A DNA stretch of 63,988 bases, filler included, from Jimgerdemannia flammicorona (taxonomy: Eukaryota): assembly GCA_003990765.1 (NCBI GenBank). It is 3 parts of 3 records of this genome, joined end to end, with 100 filler letters (N's around TTAATTAATTAA, not from the genome) between each part and the next. Parts side by side here need not be neighbours in the genome. Positions count along the whole stretch, not along the records: positions 21,368 to 42,628 come from RBNJ01001491.1; 2 more parts are not named here. One strand, given 5' to 3'. Each line of letters begins with the position of its first letter. The stretch's first letter is position 1. The translations under genes were made by a program, and so were the position numbers. Shown here in pieces: positions 24,391 to 38,224 of this stretch. Under the pieces are notes generated by a model. The model made no database searches and was not told the origin of the DNA. It saw only the letters and a program-made list of their open reading frames with translations.

Positions 24391-26532
24391 ACCTTTATAA
24401 TATAATTCTATACCTATATCACTTTTCTCTAGTACTACTCAGATTATAAAACTTCTAATAATACTTTCAGTATAACTTTTGGAGAAAAGGTGATAGTAAT
24501 ATAGAAACCAATGATCAGTCACCTTTCTCTAGTAATATTCAGGTTATATAAACTTCTGACAATACTCAAGATATTGTTTTTGAATAAAAGGTTTTAGCAA
24601 TATAGCAACTAATGAGTATTCTGAGATATATGCTTGGTAGGGTGACCCTAGTATATTCAACTGGCAGTATGTAAGAGGAGTCATGGCTTAGGGGGAAGCA
24701 TATAAGACTTACTGGCTAGAGAATATAGAAGGAGAGAAGACAGTACTGGGGGATAGGAGACTAGAAGAGTGAGCTTCATAGATAAGGTGAAGGAGAGTCA
24801 TTTGATGTCTGGACTAGAGAGCTGGCTGAAGAAGAGAAAAGAGATAGTGAGAACTGCAGGGGCTAGTGGAGCAGTCCATAGTGGCAAGAGCAGTAGGGCT
24901 GAGGAGTAGGGGCTAGAGAGAGTAAGACTACTGATGGCAAGAAGACTACTAATCTGGAAAAAAAATTCAGATATGATGACTGATGGTGGATCTGGATAGA
25001 GGAGAGGCATGAGGTCTGAGAATTTGGCAAATAGGGTAATGGGCCTGATAGTGGCACTATTACTCAAGAAATTGAGATCAGAATTTACTGTTATATTATA
25101 TTTCTGAGGCTTAGCAGTGATGGTGAAGATGATTCTGAGGCTTCTGGTCCAAGAGGTGAAGAGAGTAGTATTGGTAAAGTTTTTGAAGGATCTGGAAGGG
25201 GTGGAGGTGAGCTTCAAGAAAGAGAATGTACTATTAGAAGTGATGGAGAAGAGAGTGGTAGTAGAGGAGAGTGGTAATTCCCATGACCCAGTACTTATAT
25301 TGGAATCTCTGAGTGGTATAGCTAATAGTACTGGATATTTCTATAGTATCAAAGGAAATAGCCAAGGGGTTGATTATTGAGGCCATTAAGAAGTATAGAG
25401 AAATCATAGATGTTAGGTTTTAGGTCTGAGAGAGTACTGAATTCAGAACTAATAATATAGATATCAGAGTGCAGCTAGTGGACAAGAAGAATACAGAGAA
25501 GGCAAGAGACTGGTCAGCAGTACTCAAATGAAAATCTATGGAGTATAAGATCTTAAGAGTAAAAGAGATGCTGAAGGAAGAAGAGAACTTGCTAGAGATA
25601 TTAAAGGACCTGACTGGAGCTGTAAAGAGGAGAAGATTGATATGGAAGAAGTTTGAGGCCAGGACAGTTGTGGAAATCATGAATAGTAAGAAGGTGCAAC
25701 TAGACTGGGTGACCTGGGAGAGAGCATAGGGGAGGTGCATTCAGAAGAATCTGTTGGCTAAGTTGGAGGGGGGGGGGGTAGCTGGGGAGACCACTACAGA
25801 TGGCTAGATCAAGGGCAAGTACCTGGGCAGAAGAGGAGAGTATGGCACCAGAGGGGATCTTAGGTGGGAGTGAAGGCATAGGGCTGAGCATTATGGTGGA
25901 GGATGCAGAGATAGCAGAGGGAGAGAGTTCTCAGTATAGAGTGCCTAGTGGGGCTGAAAGAGGTAATAAATTGCAGAATATGCTAGAGGAAAATTGGGAT
26001 GAGTCAGTAAGAAGAAATACAGAGAATAGAAAGGTAGAAGAAGAGAAGAGAGTGATCCAAGGAGTGGCAGAGACTGAGGTCAAGGAGAAATGACTATGGA
26101 AAATACTTGAAAATGTGGTGACTAAGGAGCTGAGGAGAGAGGACTTCTAGATACTGAGTAAGAGACACTGGAGTAAAATTCTACATAGTGAGGAGGTGCC
26201 AAGAAAACTACAGGATGAGATAATGACAGTATTGCTAGAGGCCAAGATATATCAGATAGATGATAATAGAGAGACAGCACTTCTGGTAATTGTAAATAAC
26301 AGAACTGCATATATGTAGAGTCTAAGGAAAGAGCTGGTAAAGTATATGAGAAGTACCAAATAGAGATGGAGACTGTAGATAATATGGATTGTCAGGAGAT
26401 CTTAAAGATACTAGAGGCTTAGCAGAGAGAGGTGGATGAACTGAAGGTAAAGAGGAACCTCAATGTTGCTGGTGATATAGTAAGTATGAAATTGTAGAGT
26501 AGATGGCTGTTCTCCAAATAATATTATTCAAT

Positions 26533-29500
26533 ATGAACAGTATAACTAGAATATTATCTTTGAATATCAATGGGCTATAGAGAGTAGTGAGATATCAAAG
26601 TATCTTTAGATGGCTGAAGGAGATGGAAGCAGATCTATTTCTACTATAGGATATTGGGTGTAATAGAGGCTTGGATATTCTGAACTGGATGAAGGAATGG
26701 ATTAGTGTAGCTATTTGGTAAGGATATGTGGGCATTCTGGTTAAGAAGGAGAGCAGAGTAGTATGAGAAGTTTGGAAGAGGCTGGGCTGGAGGTCTTTGA
26801 TGATTAGGTCTTATTATTACTCTACAGAGAGAGGAGAGAGAGTAGAATGGATTCAAGGGCTACAAGAGTCTAGAGCATTGATGGAGGCAGAAATTGATTA
26901 TCTAGGAGGGGACTTTAATATAGTATATAATGGCAAGATAGACAGAACTGATGAGAGAAGAAGAATGGCTGGTAGGAGTGGTGGTATAGAAGCCTGAGAG
27001 GAAGTCAAACATCTGAGCTCCTTAGTAGATACTGGGAGACTTAGATGGAGGAATTATAGGTTTTTTACCCACTGAGTGATAGGGCTGAGCTTAAGGATTG
27101 ACTGAATATTGACTGCTGATTGCTGGGGAATTGATATCTGGAGGACTTTGGAAACTGTTTGGTATCTGTAATCAGAATACTAGAGTCTTCTAGGAGGGGG
27201 GTGTTTTGGGAGAAGTGGGGAGGGGCCTGGACATTAGTGTCTAAATATCTCCTTGATAGAGGAGACCTCTCTGTAGGAGGTGTAGATGATAGATATTAGC
27301 TCCAGGGTTCTTAGTTAGTGGGCAGAGGGGCTGGGAATTGGAAATTGCTAGATAAGACTAAAATCTGAGACACAATAGTACTGGAGAGAGGTGGGAAGAA
27401 TACAGGGTACTCAGAGGAAGAAGTAAGTAAGGTGGGCCTCCCAGAGGTTAGTGGGGTTTTTGATGACTTGGACAGATCTGCTGAAAGATGATAAGAAAGA
27501 GAACTGGTAAATATAGTGGATCAAGCTAGAGGTGGAGAAGCTGAAGGGTATCCTGAGGTAAGAGGAGGACTTACAGATTAAGAGCATAGTAGTCTAGCTG
27601 AGGTGGCAGAGATTGGAGGAGGAAGAGAGGCCAACTAAGTTTTTATCATAGCTTATATAGGTGAGGAGGGTATGGCAGTAGTGGGAGGGGTTTGAATAAG
27701 ACTGGAGAATTAGTTGTTGGAATACTAGAGATTCTGAATTAGTTGAGCAGATGATGGAGATATCTGTAGAGCAAGAAGAATAGAGGAGCAGAGGTATTGG
27801 ATATTGACAGACACTTAGAGAAATGGCACTCTAATATGGCAGTGGGTTTAGGCAATCTGGGTGCTACTATCTAAGGAGAAGAGATTTGGCAGGTTCTGAT
27901 AACAATGAGCTCTGGGACAGCACCAGGGGAGAATGGCTTATAGTGGGATTTTCAGAAGAAGATGGCAGGAGTTAAGTTGATTCTGGAGGAAATAGCAACA
28001 ATGTGTGATGAAGTGATAGGCTCAGGGGCATAAATTGGAGGGCAGAGCTTTGGTCTTATGGCTCTGCTGTTTAAGAATAAGGGGAGAAGAGAGAAGTAGA
28101 AGAACTGGAGGCTAATTATACTTCTGGATATAGATTGCAAACTGGTCATAAAGATCTTAGTAACTAGGCTACAGAGAGTAGCTCAATAGGTTCTAGGGAC
28201 TGAGCAGAGAGGATTTGTAGAGAGATGTCTGATTAGAGATGGGACAGTCTGAGTATATAGTATTATTGAGAGAGCTTGCACTGCTGGAGTAGATGGATAG
28301 CTGGTTTTCTTGGACCAAGAGAAGGCCTATGATAGAGTCTGGTGAGTGTAGTTGGAGGGAGTACTAAAGTATATTGAGGTCCCCTCTGAGGTCTGGTGGG
28401 CCTTAGTTGGTCTGCTAGAAGAGAGTCAGTAGTAAATAGATATAAGAGAGTTTCATTCTCTCTGGGCAGAGGAGTGCTGCAGAGGGATCTACTGTTACTT
28501 ATTTTATATATACTATCTCTAGAGCTTCTTTTGGATAGAATATAGTATAAGGTGAGAGGGTTAGACATTCTGGGAGTTAATTGAAAGGTGGAGGCCTTTG
28601 CTGATAATAGTAGTTGGGCTAGGGTCAGTTGCAGATATTGCAGAACTAAAAGATACAGTAGAGTGATATGAGGGGTACTCAGATACTAAGCTCAACTGGT
28701 ATAAGTGTGAGACTTTGGTGTTGAGAGAAGAGATAGTAGGAGGGGATATCATTGTCTCTGTAGAAGAGACTATACATTATCTGAGAATCTACTTTTTGAT
28801 ATATAGTTGTTTGCTACCATACAGATAGTGAGAGCAGTGGTTGGTAGAGTGGAGAAGTATCCTCTTGGAGTGGGGTAGTTACTATATATCTCTGGCAGAG
28901 AGAGTGACCATGCTGAATATATACTAGTTGCCTAAGCTATAGTATCTAGAATATCACTTAGACTTTCTGATATAGGTGGTTAAGTATCTATTGAAGATGG
29001 CCAGAATCTGGATATGGGTAGAGCAACAGAGTCAGATTAGTTGAGAGATATTGATCTGACTAGTAGACTGAGGTGGCCTAGGTTTGGTGGATTTCTTCAA
29101 GTATCTTTACTGCTTGAGGGCTTAGTGACTAAAGTGAGCAAGCAAGTTGAGAGGTGGAGAGTGGGTCCCCCTCATATAAAGGATGTGGGGGGCCTGGTTC
29201 TTTCTCCAGAGTGTGACTGGGAATCTTCTTTCTCTAGTAGTATTAGAGGAGAGTCAGAAGATATATTATAGGGGATTCTGATATAAGGTGGCTGATGGGG
29301 TATACTATATTGGCCTCTGGTAGCAGAGTGATGAGGGGGAGGAGGAATAGAGATCCCAGATATAGAGATGAGACTGCCTTCTGTTGGGCAGGGCACCAGT
29401 GAATGACTTCTGCTTAGAGGATGATATAGAGTGCTTTCAGAAACATAGGTGAGATTTGTGGCCTGAGACTTGGCAGAGAGTGAGATTAGCAAGATGTAGA

Positions 29501-29581
29501 ACTGGAATAGTATTTGGCAGTAGAGCAAGCAGGTGGTGAGATAGATCCCCTCTAAGTTCTAGGTAGTATGATAGAGATATC
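26533..29581 (+). pseudogene. LINE ORF2 (APE endonuclease and RT); continues at 42014-42560
   Basis: ILSLNINGL, GGDFN (~26905), RID (~27093), NWRLIILLDIDCK (~28103), DQEKAYDRV (~28313), GVLQRD (~28471), AFAD (~28593). Confidence 0.88.
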
Positions 29582-30124
29582 TATAACAATTTCACAGTTA
29601 TATTTAGTCTTAGTATATTTTTATGTCTTTTAGTTAGTCTTTTCTTATCATTTCTTGAACATTCTACTATATTCTGCCACCTTCTACTTATTTAAAGACC
29701 TTCTCTCAGCACTCAGACATTATTAGAATATTCTTGTCTTTCTTTGATATCAAGTATCTTGACTTAGCTAGTCATAGAACCTTTTGGAACATTATAGAAC
29801 CATATTAGTCATCTTTGCCAAGAACCTATTTCTTTTCTTTCCAAGATCCTTCTGGATCTTTTTTTCAGATTATATATAAATATCCTTATTCTCTGTCTGA
29901 ATAAAGCTTAGAATATTTTCTCCCAGAAATCCTTTGAGAATACTTAAATCTTTAAGTATTTCTTTGAGCTACTTTAGGTTAACTAGAACTTCCAGATTTA
30001 GCCACTTCCTCTTAAAGAAACTAGAAGCATTACACTTGATAGTAGTGGTGTCATTATACCTTGCCTTATTAAGAAACCTCACACAAATTCAGAAACTAGT
30101 TACAACTAGTCACACAAACTCAAA

Positions 30125-31863
30125 ATGAGCTGCAAAGAGTCAGCCTATCAGTCAGACCCCTCTGCTACAGAAGAAGCAGAAGAACTGCAAGTCAGCATAG
30201 AGAATATGATCACCACTATGGTCCACCAAATCTAAGAACTTCAAGCACAACTAGAACAGCAGAGAAGAACTGCAAGTACATTATATTCTACTGTAGCATT
30301 AGTTAGTTTTAAGCTACTTAAGCCAGATACATACCTTTGGTAGTCATTGAGGAGGACTATCTACAGATATATGAATCTTCTAGTTGGATCAATACTTTAA
30401 GCTCACAAGAATGGAAGAAGACATGTAAGTCCAATTTGCTGCTATACTTCTCCAAGGAAATACAGCTATCTGGTGATACAATTATATTATAATTATATCT
30501 ATATACTTGTATGCATGAATCAGAGACTGGAAAGCTTTCAAGAGAGCTCTTCATAAGCAGTTCAAGTCTGCTAATACTACCAAGCTAGCCAGAGATAAGC
30601 TAGTGAACATTAAGCAACTCAAGTCTGTATAGAGCTATAATGTATAATTCTTGTCAATTCTATTTAAGCTACCAGTGATATCTGAGGATAAAAAGATAGA
30701 CTGTTATATCTGAGGTCTGAAAGGAAACACATGAGTCAAGGTTGAGCTAGAAGAGCTCAAAATCTTGATGAAGCTATGAGAATTGCTGATAGATTTGATA
30801 TCATTACCTTTGGTAACTACTTTGAACTAGAACACTATAAAAAGAACTACTTCAAGAACTGCCACAGAAACCAATCAAGGATAGTTGGCCCAATACTAAT
30901 AAATTTGGACACCATGAACAAAAAGAACACCAAGCTTACCCCTGAAGAAAAGGACTACCTGAAGAAATCTGGAGTCTGTTTCTTTTGTTACCAAATAGGA
31001 CACATTGTAATCAAATGTCCTAAGAAGACTAGAGAATCTTCTAGACCAGTCACTATATTGTCCAAAGATACACCTATCAATCCTACTATCAGTCAACCTG
31101 AGCTCAAGATCAAGAAGCTTCATCTGAAGGTCCAGGTCTCTCAATATCAAATAAAAGAAGCCATTGGTCTTGACCTACACTCTGTCAAACAAGTCACCAT
31201 TTCAGCCAAAGGCTGAACTCTGGTACCTACTGGAATTGCAGTTTAATATCCTGAAGGACATTATGCCAGAATTGCACCATGATCAGAACTTAGTATCAAA
31301 CATCATTTAGATATAGGTACTGGTATCATTGACCCAGACTTCCAAGGACAAGTTCAAGTTCTGTTTATCAACCAGAAGGATCAAGACTACACAGTCAAGG
31401 AAGGAGACTGAGTCATGCAAATGATCCTAGAAAAAGCCAGTCAACTCAAGATTACAGAAGTCCAAGAACTCCCTGAAACCAAATAAGATCAAAAAGGTTT
31501 TGGCAGTACTGATCAAGCAGCAAGTCTTAGTGAAAATCAAGCTCAAGCTATGCTCATTTTCAAAGGCCTAGTTAAAGAAAAAGAAGTTCAAGTACTTATA
31601 GACAGTAAAGCTACAGAGAACTTCATCAATCAGAACCTCAAGATCCTTACCAAGCCTGTACTCAAGAACAATAGTATAGTTACTGCAGATGGTACTCTGC
31701 ACCCTATTGAGGCAATTGCTACTAAACTATCCATCAAAATCCAGAAATATTGGGAATAAATAGACTTTGAGATTATACCACTAGGAGATCATGACCTGAT
31801 TCTAGGAAAACCCTGACTTACAAAACACAATCCAGACATTGATTGATATAAGAATGAAGTCAC
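30125..31863 (+). pseudogene. gag-pol: Family B gag (CCHC knuckle), dUTPase, protease
   Basis: CFFCYQIGHIVIKC (~30977), AIGLDL..VPTGIAV..GIIDPDFQG..GFGST (31160-31510), LIDSKATENFI (~31595). Confidence 0.9.
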
Positions 31864-33346
31864 TGTAAGTGTACAACCTCCAAGCTACCAAAATCGCATG
31901 GTATCCTCAGAACTAATTTGGAAACCACATGCAAGACTACAAAACAAGAGATCATCTGATTACATGAAATATGCCAGCAAGCATAAGAACCTACTACCAA
32001 GATACAAGAATACTAGAAGAAGTACTACAACCATAAGACTGACTCTGAACTGCTATAACTAGTTTGGTGTACTATACTATTACAAAAGGAAACCGAAAGT
32101 ACCAAACTCAAATTGAGACAAGAAGAACCCTATCTCATCTACCAAAAGGTTCATGAACTACACTTATCAACTCAAGACCAAGATACACTGTGACTATACA
32201 AGACCTCATTACTTAGCAGAAGCAAAATGCATTTGAACAACTCCATTCGCTTTATCTGTGTCACCTCCGTTGGAGAGTGACAGACACTTCATCTGAACTC
32301 AAGAAAGCTGACAATGTCGAAACCAATCTCAAGCCATCTACATGACAGATATTACTACTAGAAATTGTCTCAAATTACAGAAAATATCATTTCTGAGAGA
32401 TTCGAACCCTCAGCCACGATATTGGGAGCCCTCGCCCTAGACGAGAATGGCCAGTCCTCGCAAATGTGCCAGCAGACCAAAAAAAAAGAGAACCAAGACC
32501 TGTTATCCTTGTACAACTACTGCCACCAAGGACAGCCTTAATCTTACAAGAGATAGAAGTGATGACATCTTGAAACTGATGATGTCAGAAGTCAGAAAAC
32601 TGCTCAGACTTTGCCAGTGATGATGTCATCAATAGTGATATCATCAAAGACTACCCAGACAGCATCTAAACCTACAAATAGCTTAGCAGTCATAGTATAG
32701 TTAGATTAGCCTTGTACAACATGACTGTGAACTGACTCAGCAGTCAGACGATCTCTTGATATGTCAGATCACACTTGTACTACATGACTGTATTCCGACT
32801 CAGCAAGGCACTTAGTGCTACATCCATATTTAGTATAGTTCAGATAGCCCCTCACTAGTATAAATACCCCCTCCCCCAGATCTCAGAATCTCAGACTTGA
32901 ACAATCTGAACACAACTCCTGAACACTTCCCCACAATATCCCTTTACACAACTACTCCTAGTATAGCAATATCATGAATAGCGAATAAACCTATTTAATA
33001 ATCCACCAACCACTCTTAAGTAAATCTGCTCCCCATTAGGTCCTACTCCTAACCCATCATGAAATTTCCTAATTGGGTATTGTCTGCAGTGATATGCCAA
33101 TTCAACTAAGCTGGTCTTAGTTTCTTGAACTTCCTGAAATACGGAAAATCCTGAACATCCAGAACTAGTCCAAAAAAGGACTTTGGTTGAGATGTCAACC
33201 TGATCTTGAAATCAATAAGTATAGAGGATGTACTCTATATGAAATTGATCTTGACTATAAGAAAACGGTCTTCCAGAATATCCAGAACTTCCAGAAAACC
33301 CTTCCAGAACTACGTAATGGTTACCCTAAAAAGCAACCCTCTTACA

Positions 33347-36300
33347 ACTTGGTAGCAGCGGTTTACAATCCAATTCCGCTTCAAGACACTTCCTCACCCT
33401 GCTACAAACCTTCTGCAAATTCCTACAAGTTAGTATTAAGCCCAACCTCTGAACTGGAATTTATCCTGAACCATCTGACAATCTGGAGAGAATTGAATCT
33501 GACATATAAGGACAATTTGATCTCCACACCTGTAACAAGTGGGATAAACTTCATTCAAAGAAAGAAGTACTCTGATTAAATCAGCAAATAGACAAAACCC
33601 TATTCACTGAACTCCTTGCACTACACCCAGCAAGTCAAGATGAAGAAGGTCTTATAGAAGCCTTCTTTACTCTTCTCAACAAGAGTTTTGTCAGCTCCAC
33701 AAATCTGAGCGACCTAGGACAACCAGCAGCAGTCTTTCTAGCCTTAGTTTCTCATGAAGCCCAAGCCTCAGTAGCCAAGTGGCTTAACTCTACCGACTTT
33801 TACCACACCAGGACCAAGACTGCATTATACTACCGATTCCAGAACAGCAAGGCCCGCCATATTCTTAAAGAAGAAGCAAGAGAAACCCTTCATCAACTAC
33901 CTGACCCTGAACTGGAAGCTGGCCCTGCTACAATCCTACCTAAATCTGAAACCAACACTGAACCAGAACTTGACTTTGAATTAAGTCCATCTGAAATCAG
34001 ATATATAACTGATTCTGTCTACTTTGATGCCGAGCAAACCCAATTACATGGGGACCAAACCGAAGAGAAGGAAGAGTATCTCAGTGAATTTGATCCCAGA
34101 TACACCACTGAAGGAGATGCACCTCCATCAGAACAGAATACATCTACACAGCAACAGACAGCTATCTATCAAGCCCTTACTCCAGACCCACAACTATTAC
34201 TCCAGCAACTTACACAGACTCAAAGAACACCCTCACACTCTGCACCAGTACCTCAAGTAGTACCAGTAACACCACTACCAGCAGTTCAACCGTCTCTAGT
34301 AAACAATATGGCAAACCAACAGATTCTAGACCTTATAGCTCAAGTAGTAATAATGGCAGCAACCATTACTGCTTTAGCTGAACAGACCTGACCTACCAAA
34401 AATCTGAGCCTACCTACCTTCAATGGTACTGCACAAGAAGTCCAAAGCTTCATTAGTGTAGTTGATACTAACTTCAAAGCCAATCAATGGACCAATGAGC
34501 GAGTTGCTGACCACATTCTGACAAACAATCAAGACCACACTCTGGAACAACTCTTTGCTACCACTACAGCCTATGTCCACTGAGTTGTTACATTCTTCTG
34601 AGGACCTGCCGAAGAATGGTGGTGAACCCTTTCTGAAAAACCCCTCACATGGGATACCCAATCTGCAGTAGTTGCCCAGAATGCAGCCAATAATGCCCCA
34701 GGATATAGAGCCCATCCTGCAGCCCCTGGGCTCAAACAACTCATGATTGCTCAATACTGCAGCGAAACCATGATTGCCAAATCTCAAGTAAAACTCCACA
34801 ACCTCAAATTCAATGTATATGGCAAGGAAGAATTTGAAACCTTCTGTACAAAACTCAAGTCACTTCTGAACACTGTTGGCCTAGGATATATTGCCAATGA
34901 CGAAGCATGAAATGGTACAAGAGCAGACCATTTATTCAATGTACTGCCTGAATGGCTTACTAGAAAAATCCAAGAACAAGGCTGCCCAGTTGGTTGTGAT
35001 CACCAACAATGGTGCCTGGCAAGAATCAAGATCATGGTCAAGCAAATTCTAACAGCTGGACCAATTCTGCCCCAAAGACAATTCAACAACAAGGAAAAGA
35101 CTTGGACCAAAAAAGAAGAACCCAAGCATGAAACATCCTGAGCTCCCTCCACATCCACCTCTTAGACACCCAGAAATCACGAACCCACCCAGCTGAGTAC
35201 CTTCAAGAAACTAACTGAAGGAGAAAGAAACGAACTTCGAAGAAGCAGAGCATGCTTCTATTGCCAAAAGACAGGACACATGGCCAGTGCCTGCCCCAAC
35301 TGAAAACTCCGAACAGCAATATGAGCAACTGTTACAACCCTGCACCATCTCAACAACCTGACTACCAGAACACTAGACTTTGTCAAGTTAAGACAAACTG
35401 CTAAGGCCCCAACCAAAGGAAGTCAAAAAGCAGCTGGATATGATCTGTATACAGCTGAAGAAGCTACAGTTTCCAACCAAGAAGTCAAGCAAGTCTACAC
35501 AGGAATCAGTATCCAAATTCCTGAAGGACATGTTGGGAGAATATGCTGTCGCAGCAGCCTAGCATTGAAAGAACTCTCAGTAGAAGGAGGAGTCATTGAT
35601 GAAGATTACACAGGCGAAATCATTGTTCTAATCCGAAACCACAGTTGGACACCCTTCAAGATCCCTATAGGTTTCTATATTACCCAGATCCTATTCGAAA
35701 AAATCGAGTCAACTCTGACAGTCAAGGAAGTCCCTGAACTACTGCCCATGATCCGAGGATCTAAAGGATTTGGCTCATCAAGCAAGGCCCCAACCCAACC
35801 TACCATGAACAAAGAAGAACAATTCTATAAGAAAATTGAAGACAGATATGTACCAAGTGGCTGGTGTCCCCATGGCATTGGAATGTACTCTTCCTGAATA
35901 ATTGATGATTACTTCTCTTGTGTCAATGAACTGGCTCAAAGAAGAACCAACAGAAGGAAAGCTCCTACAACCGAAATCACCACCATTGGATCAGACAAAC
36001 TGCTTACACTTAAAGCTTTTGTCAACCGAGTACCTGTCAAGATTATGATAGACAGCGGTGCCTCAGGCAACTTCATCAATGAAGAAACAGCCAACAGACT
36101 CAAGGTCTTTACCTCCCTGGTACAACAAACTCAAGCAGTTGCCACAGCTGATGGAACCTCACATGTCATTAGTAAGGAAGTCCACAATCTACCCTTCCAA
36201 ATTGGTGACTACTGAGTACATGTTACCCTCCAAATTGTACCACTCCCTGACAATGAAATTATCCTTGGAACTCCATGGCTAAAACAAGAGAACCCTATGA

Positions 36301-36720
36301 TCGATTGGGTAAATCATTCTCTGACCATCAAGAAAGGATGCCACAACTTCATACTATAAGGTGAAAAGGACCCACTCAGTTCTAGTGACCCTGGACCAAA
36401 GATCACCCACATCAACAAGCTACAACTCAAGAAATTAGCCAAGAAATGTCCTCTCTTTGCTATCTCCATCTGTCCATCCAAAGGAGAACCTGAGAACTCT
36501 GAAGAAGACTTTTCCAAAGTTGACAGCCATGTCAGACCACTACTCCAGAAACTCCGAGACACATTTCTGAACTGAACCACAGAACCACCTGTATCTGTCA
36601 TTATTAATGACCAAGAAGAGTACAAAGTTGAACAAATCCTCAACAAATATAGCCACAAGAACCATCCAAATGGTACAACAATACCAGAACAAATTAGAAG
36701 GCCCCGATGAGGACGTCGAA
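33347..36720 (+). pseudogene. gag-pol: Family A gag (CCHC), dUTPase, protease, partial chromodomain
   Basis: CFYCQKTGHMASAC (~35252-35295), AAGYDLY, EGGVIDEDYTGEI, RGSKGFGSS, IDSGASGNFI (~36048), EEYKVEQIL (~36615). Confidence 0.9.
33350..33361 (+). promoter_or_regulatory. Primer-binding site, probably initiator tRNA-Met
   Basis: TGGTAGCAGCGG three nt after the LTR CA; TGGTAGC is the complement of the eukaryotic tRNAiMet 3' end. Confidence 0.8.
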
Positions 36721-38224
36721 AGCTAAGGAGAGAGTTGTAAGTGTACAACCTCCAAGCCACCAAAATTGCATGGTATCCTCAGAACTAATTTGGAAACCAC
36801 ATGTGAGACTACAAAATAAGAGATCATCTGGTTACACGAAATATGCCAGCAAGCATGAGAACCTACCACCAAGATATAAGAATACTAGAAGAAGTACTAT
36901 AACCATAAAACTGACTCTGAACTGCTATAACTAGTTTGGTGTACTGTACTATTACAAAAGGAAACCGAAAGTACCAAACTCAAATTGAGACAAGAAGAAC
37001 CCTATCTCATCTATCAAAAGGTTCACGAACTATACTTATCAACTCAAGACCAAGATACACTGCAACTATACAAGATCTCATTACTTAGCAGAAGCAAAAT
37101 ATATTTGAACAACTCTGTTCGCTCTATCTGTGTCACCTCCATTGGAGAGTGACAGATGCTTCATCTGAACTCAAGAAAGCCGACAACATTGAAACCAATC
37201 TCAAGCCATCTATGTGACAGATATTACTATTAGAAATTGCCTCAGATTACAGAAAATATCATTTCTGAGAGGTTCAAACCCCCAGCCATGACATTGGGAG
37301 CTCTCGCCCTAGACGAGAATTGCCAGTCCTCGCAAATGCGCCAGTAGACCAAAAAAAAAGAGAACCAAGACCTGTTATCCTTGTACAACCACCGCCACCA
37401 AGGACAGCCTTAATCTTGCAAGAGATAGAAGTGACGACATCTTGAAACTGATAATGTCAGAAGTCAGAAAACTGCTCAGACTTTGCCAGTGATGATGTCA
37501 TCAATAGTGATGTCATCAAAGACTACCCAGACAGCGTCTAAACCTACAAATAGCTTAGCAGTCATAGTATAGTTAGATTAGCCTTGTACAATATAACTGT
37601 GAACTGACTCAGCAGTCAGACGATCTCTTGACATATCAGATCATACTTGTACTATGTGACTGTATTCTGACTCAGCAAGACACTTAGTGCTACATCCATA
37701 TTTAGTATAGTCCAGATTGCCCCTTACTAGTATAAATACCCCCTCCCTCAGACCTCAGAATCTCAGACTTGAACAATCCGAACACAACTCCTGAACACTT
37801 CCCCACAATATCCCTTCATACAACTACTCTTAGTATAGCAATATCATGAATAGCAAATAAACCTATTTAATAACCCACCAACCACTCTTAAGTAAATCTG
37901 CTCCCCATTAGGTCCTACTCCTAACCCCATCACGAAATTTCCTAATTGGATATTGTCTGCAGCGATACGCCAATTCAACTAAGCTGGTCTTAGTTTCTTG
38001 AACTTCCTGAAATACAGAAAATCCTGAACATCCAGAACTAGTCCGAAAAAGGACTTTGGTTGAGACATCAACCCGATCTTGAAATCAATAAGCATAGAGG
38101 ATGTACTCTATATGAAATTGATCTTGACCATAAGAAAACAGTCTTCCAGAATATCCAGAACTTCCAGAAAACCCTTCCAGAACTATGTAACGGTTACCCT
38201 AAAAAGCAACCCTCTTATAGTTAC

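Larger units (their letters stand above)
31864..38219 (+). mobile_element. Gypsy family A copy 2, structurally complete non-autonomous element (no RT, RNase H or IN)
   Basis: LTRs 31864-33346 and 36736-38219; TSD gtcac/gttac; PBS at 33350; PPT aaggagagag 36725-36734. Confidence 0.95.
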
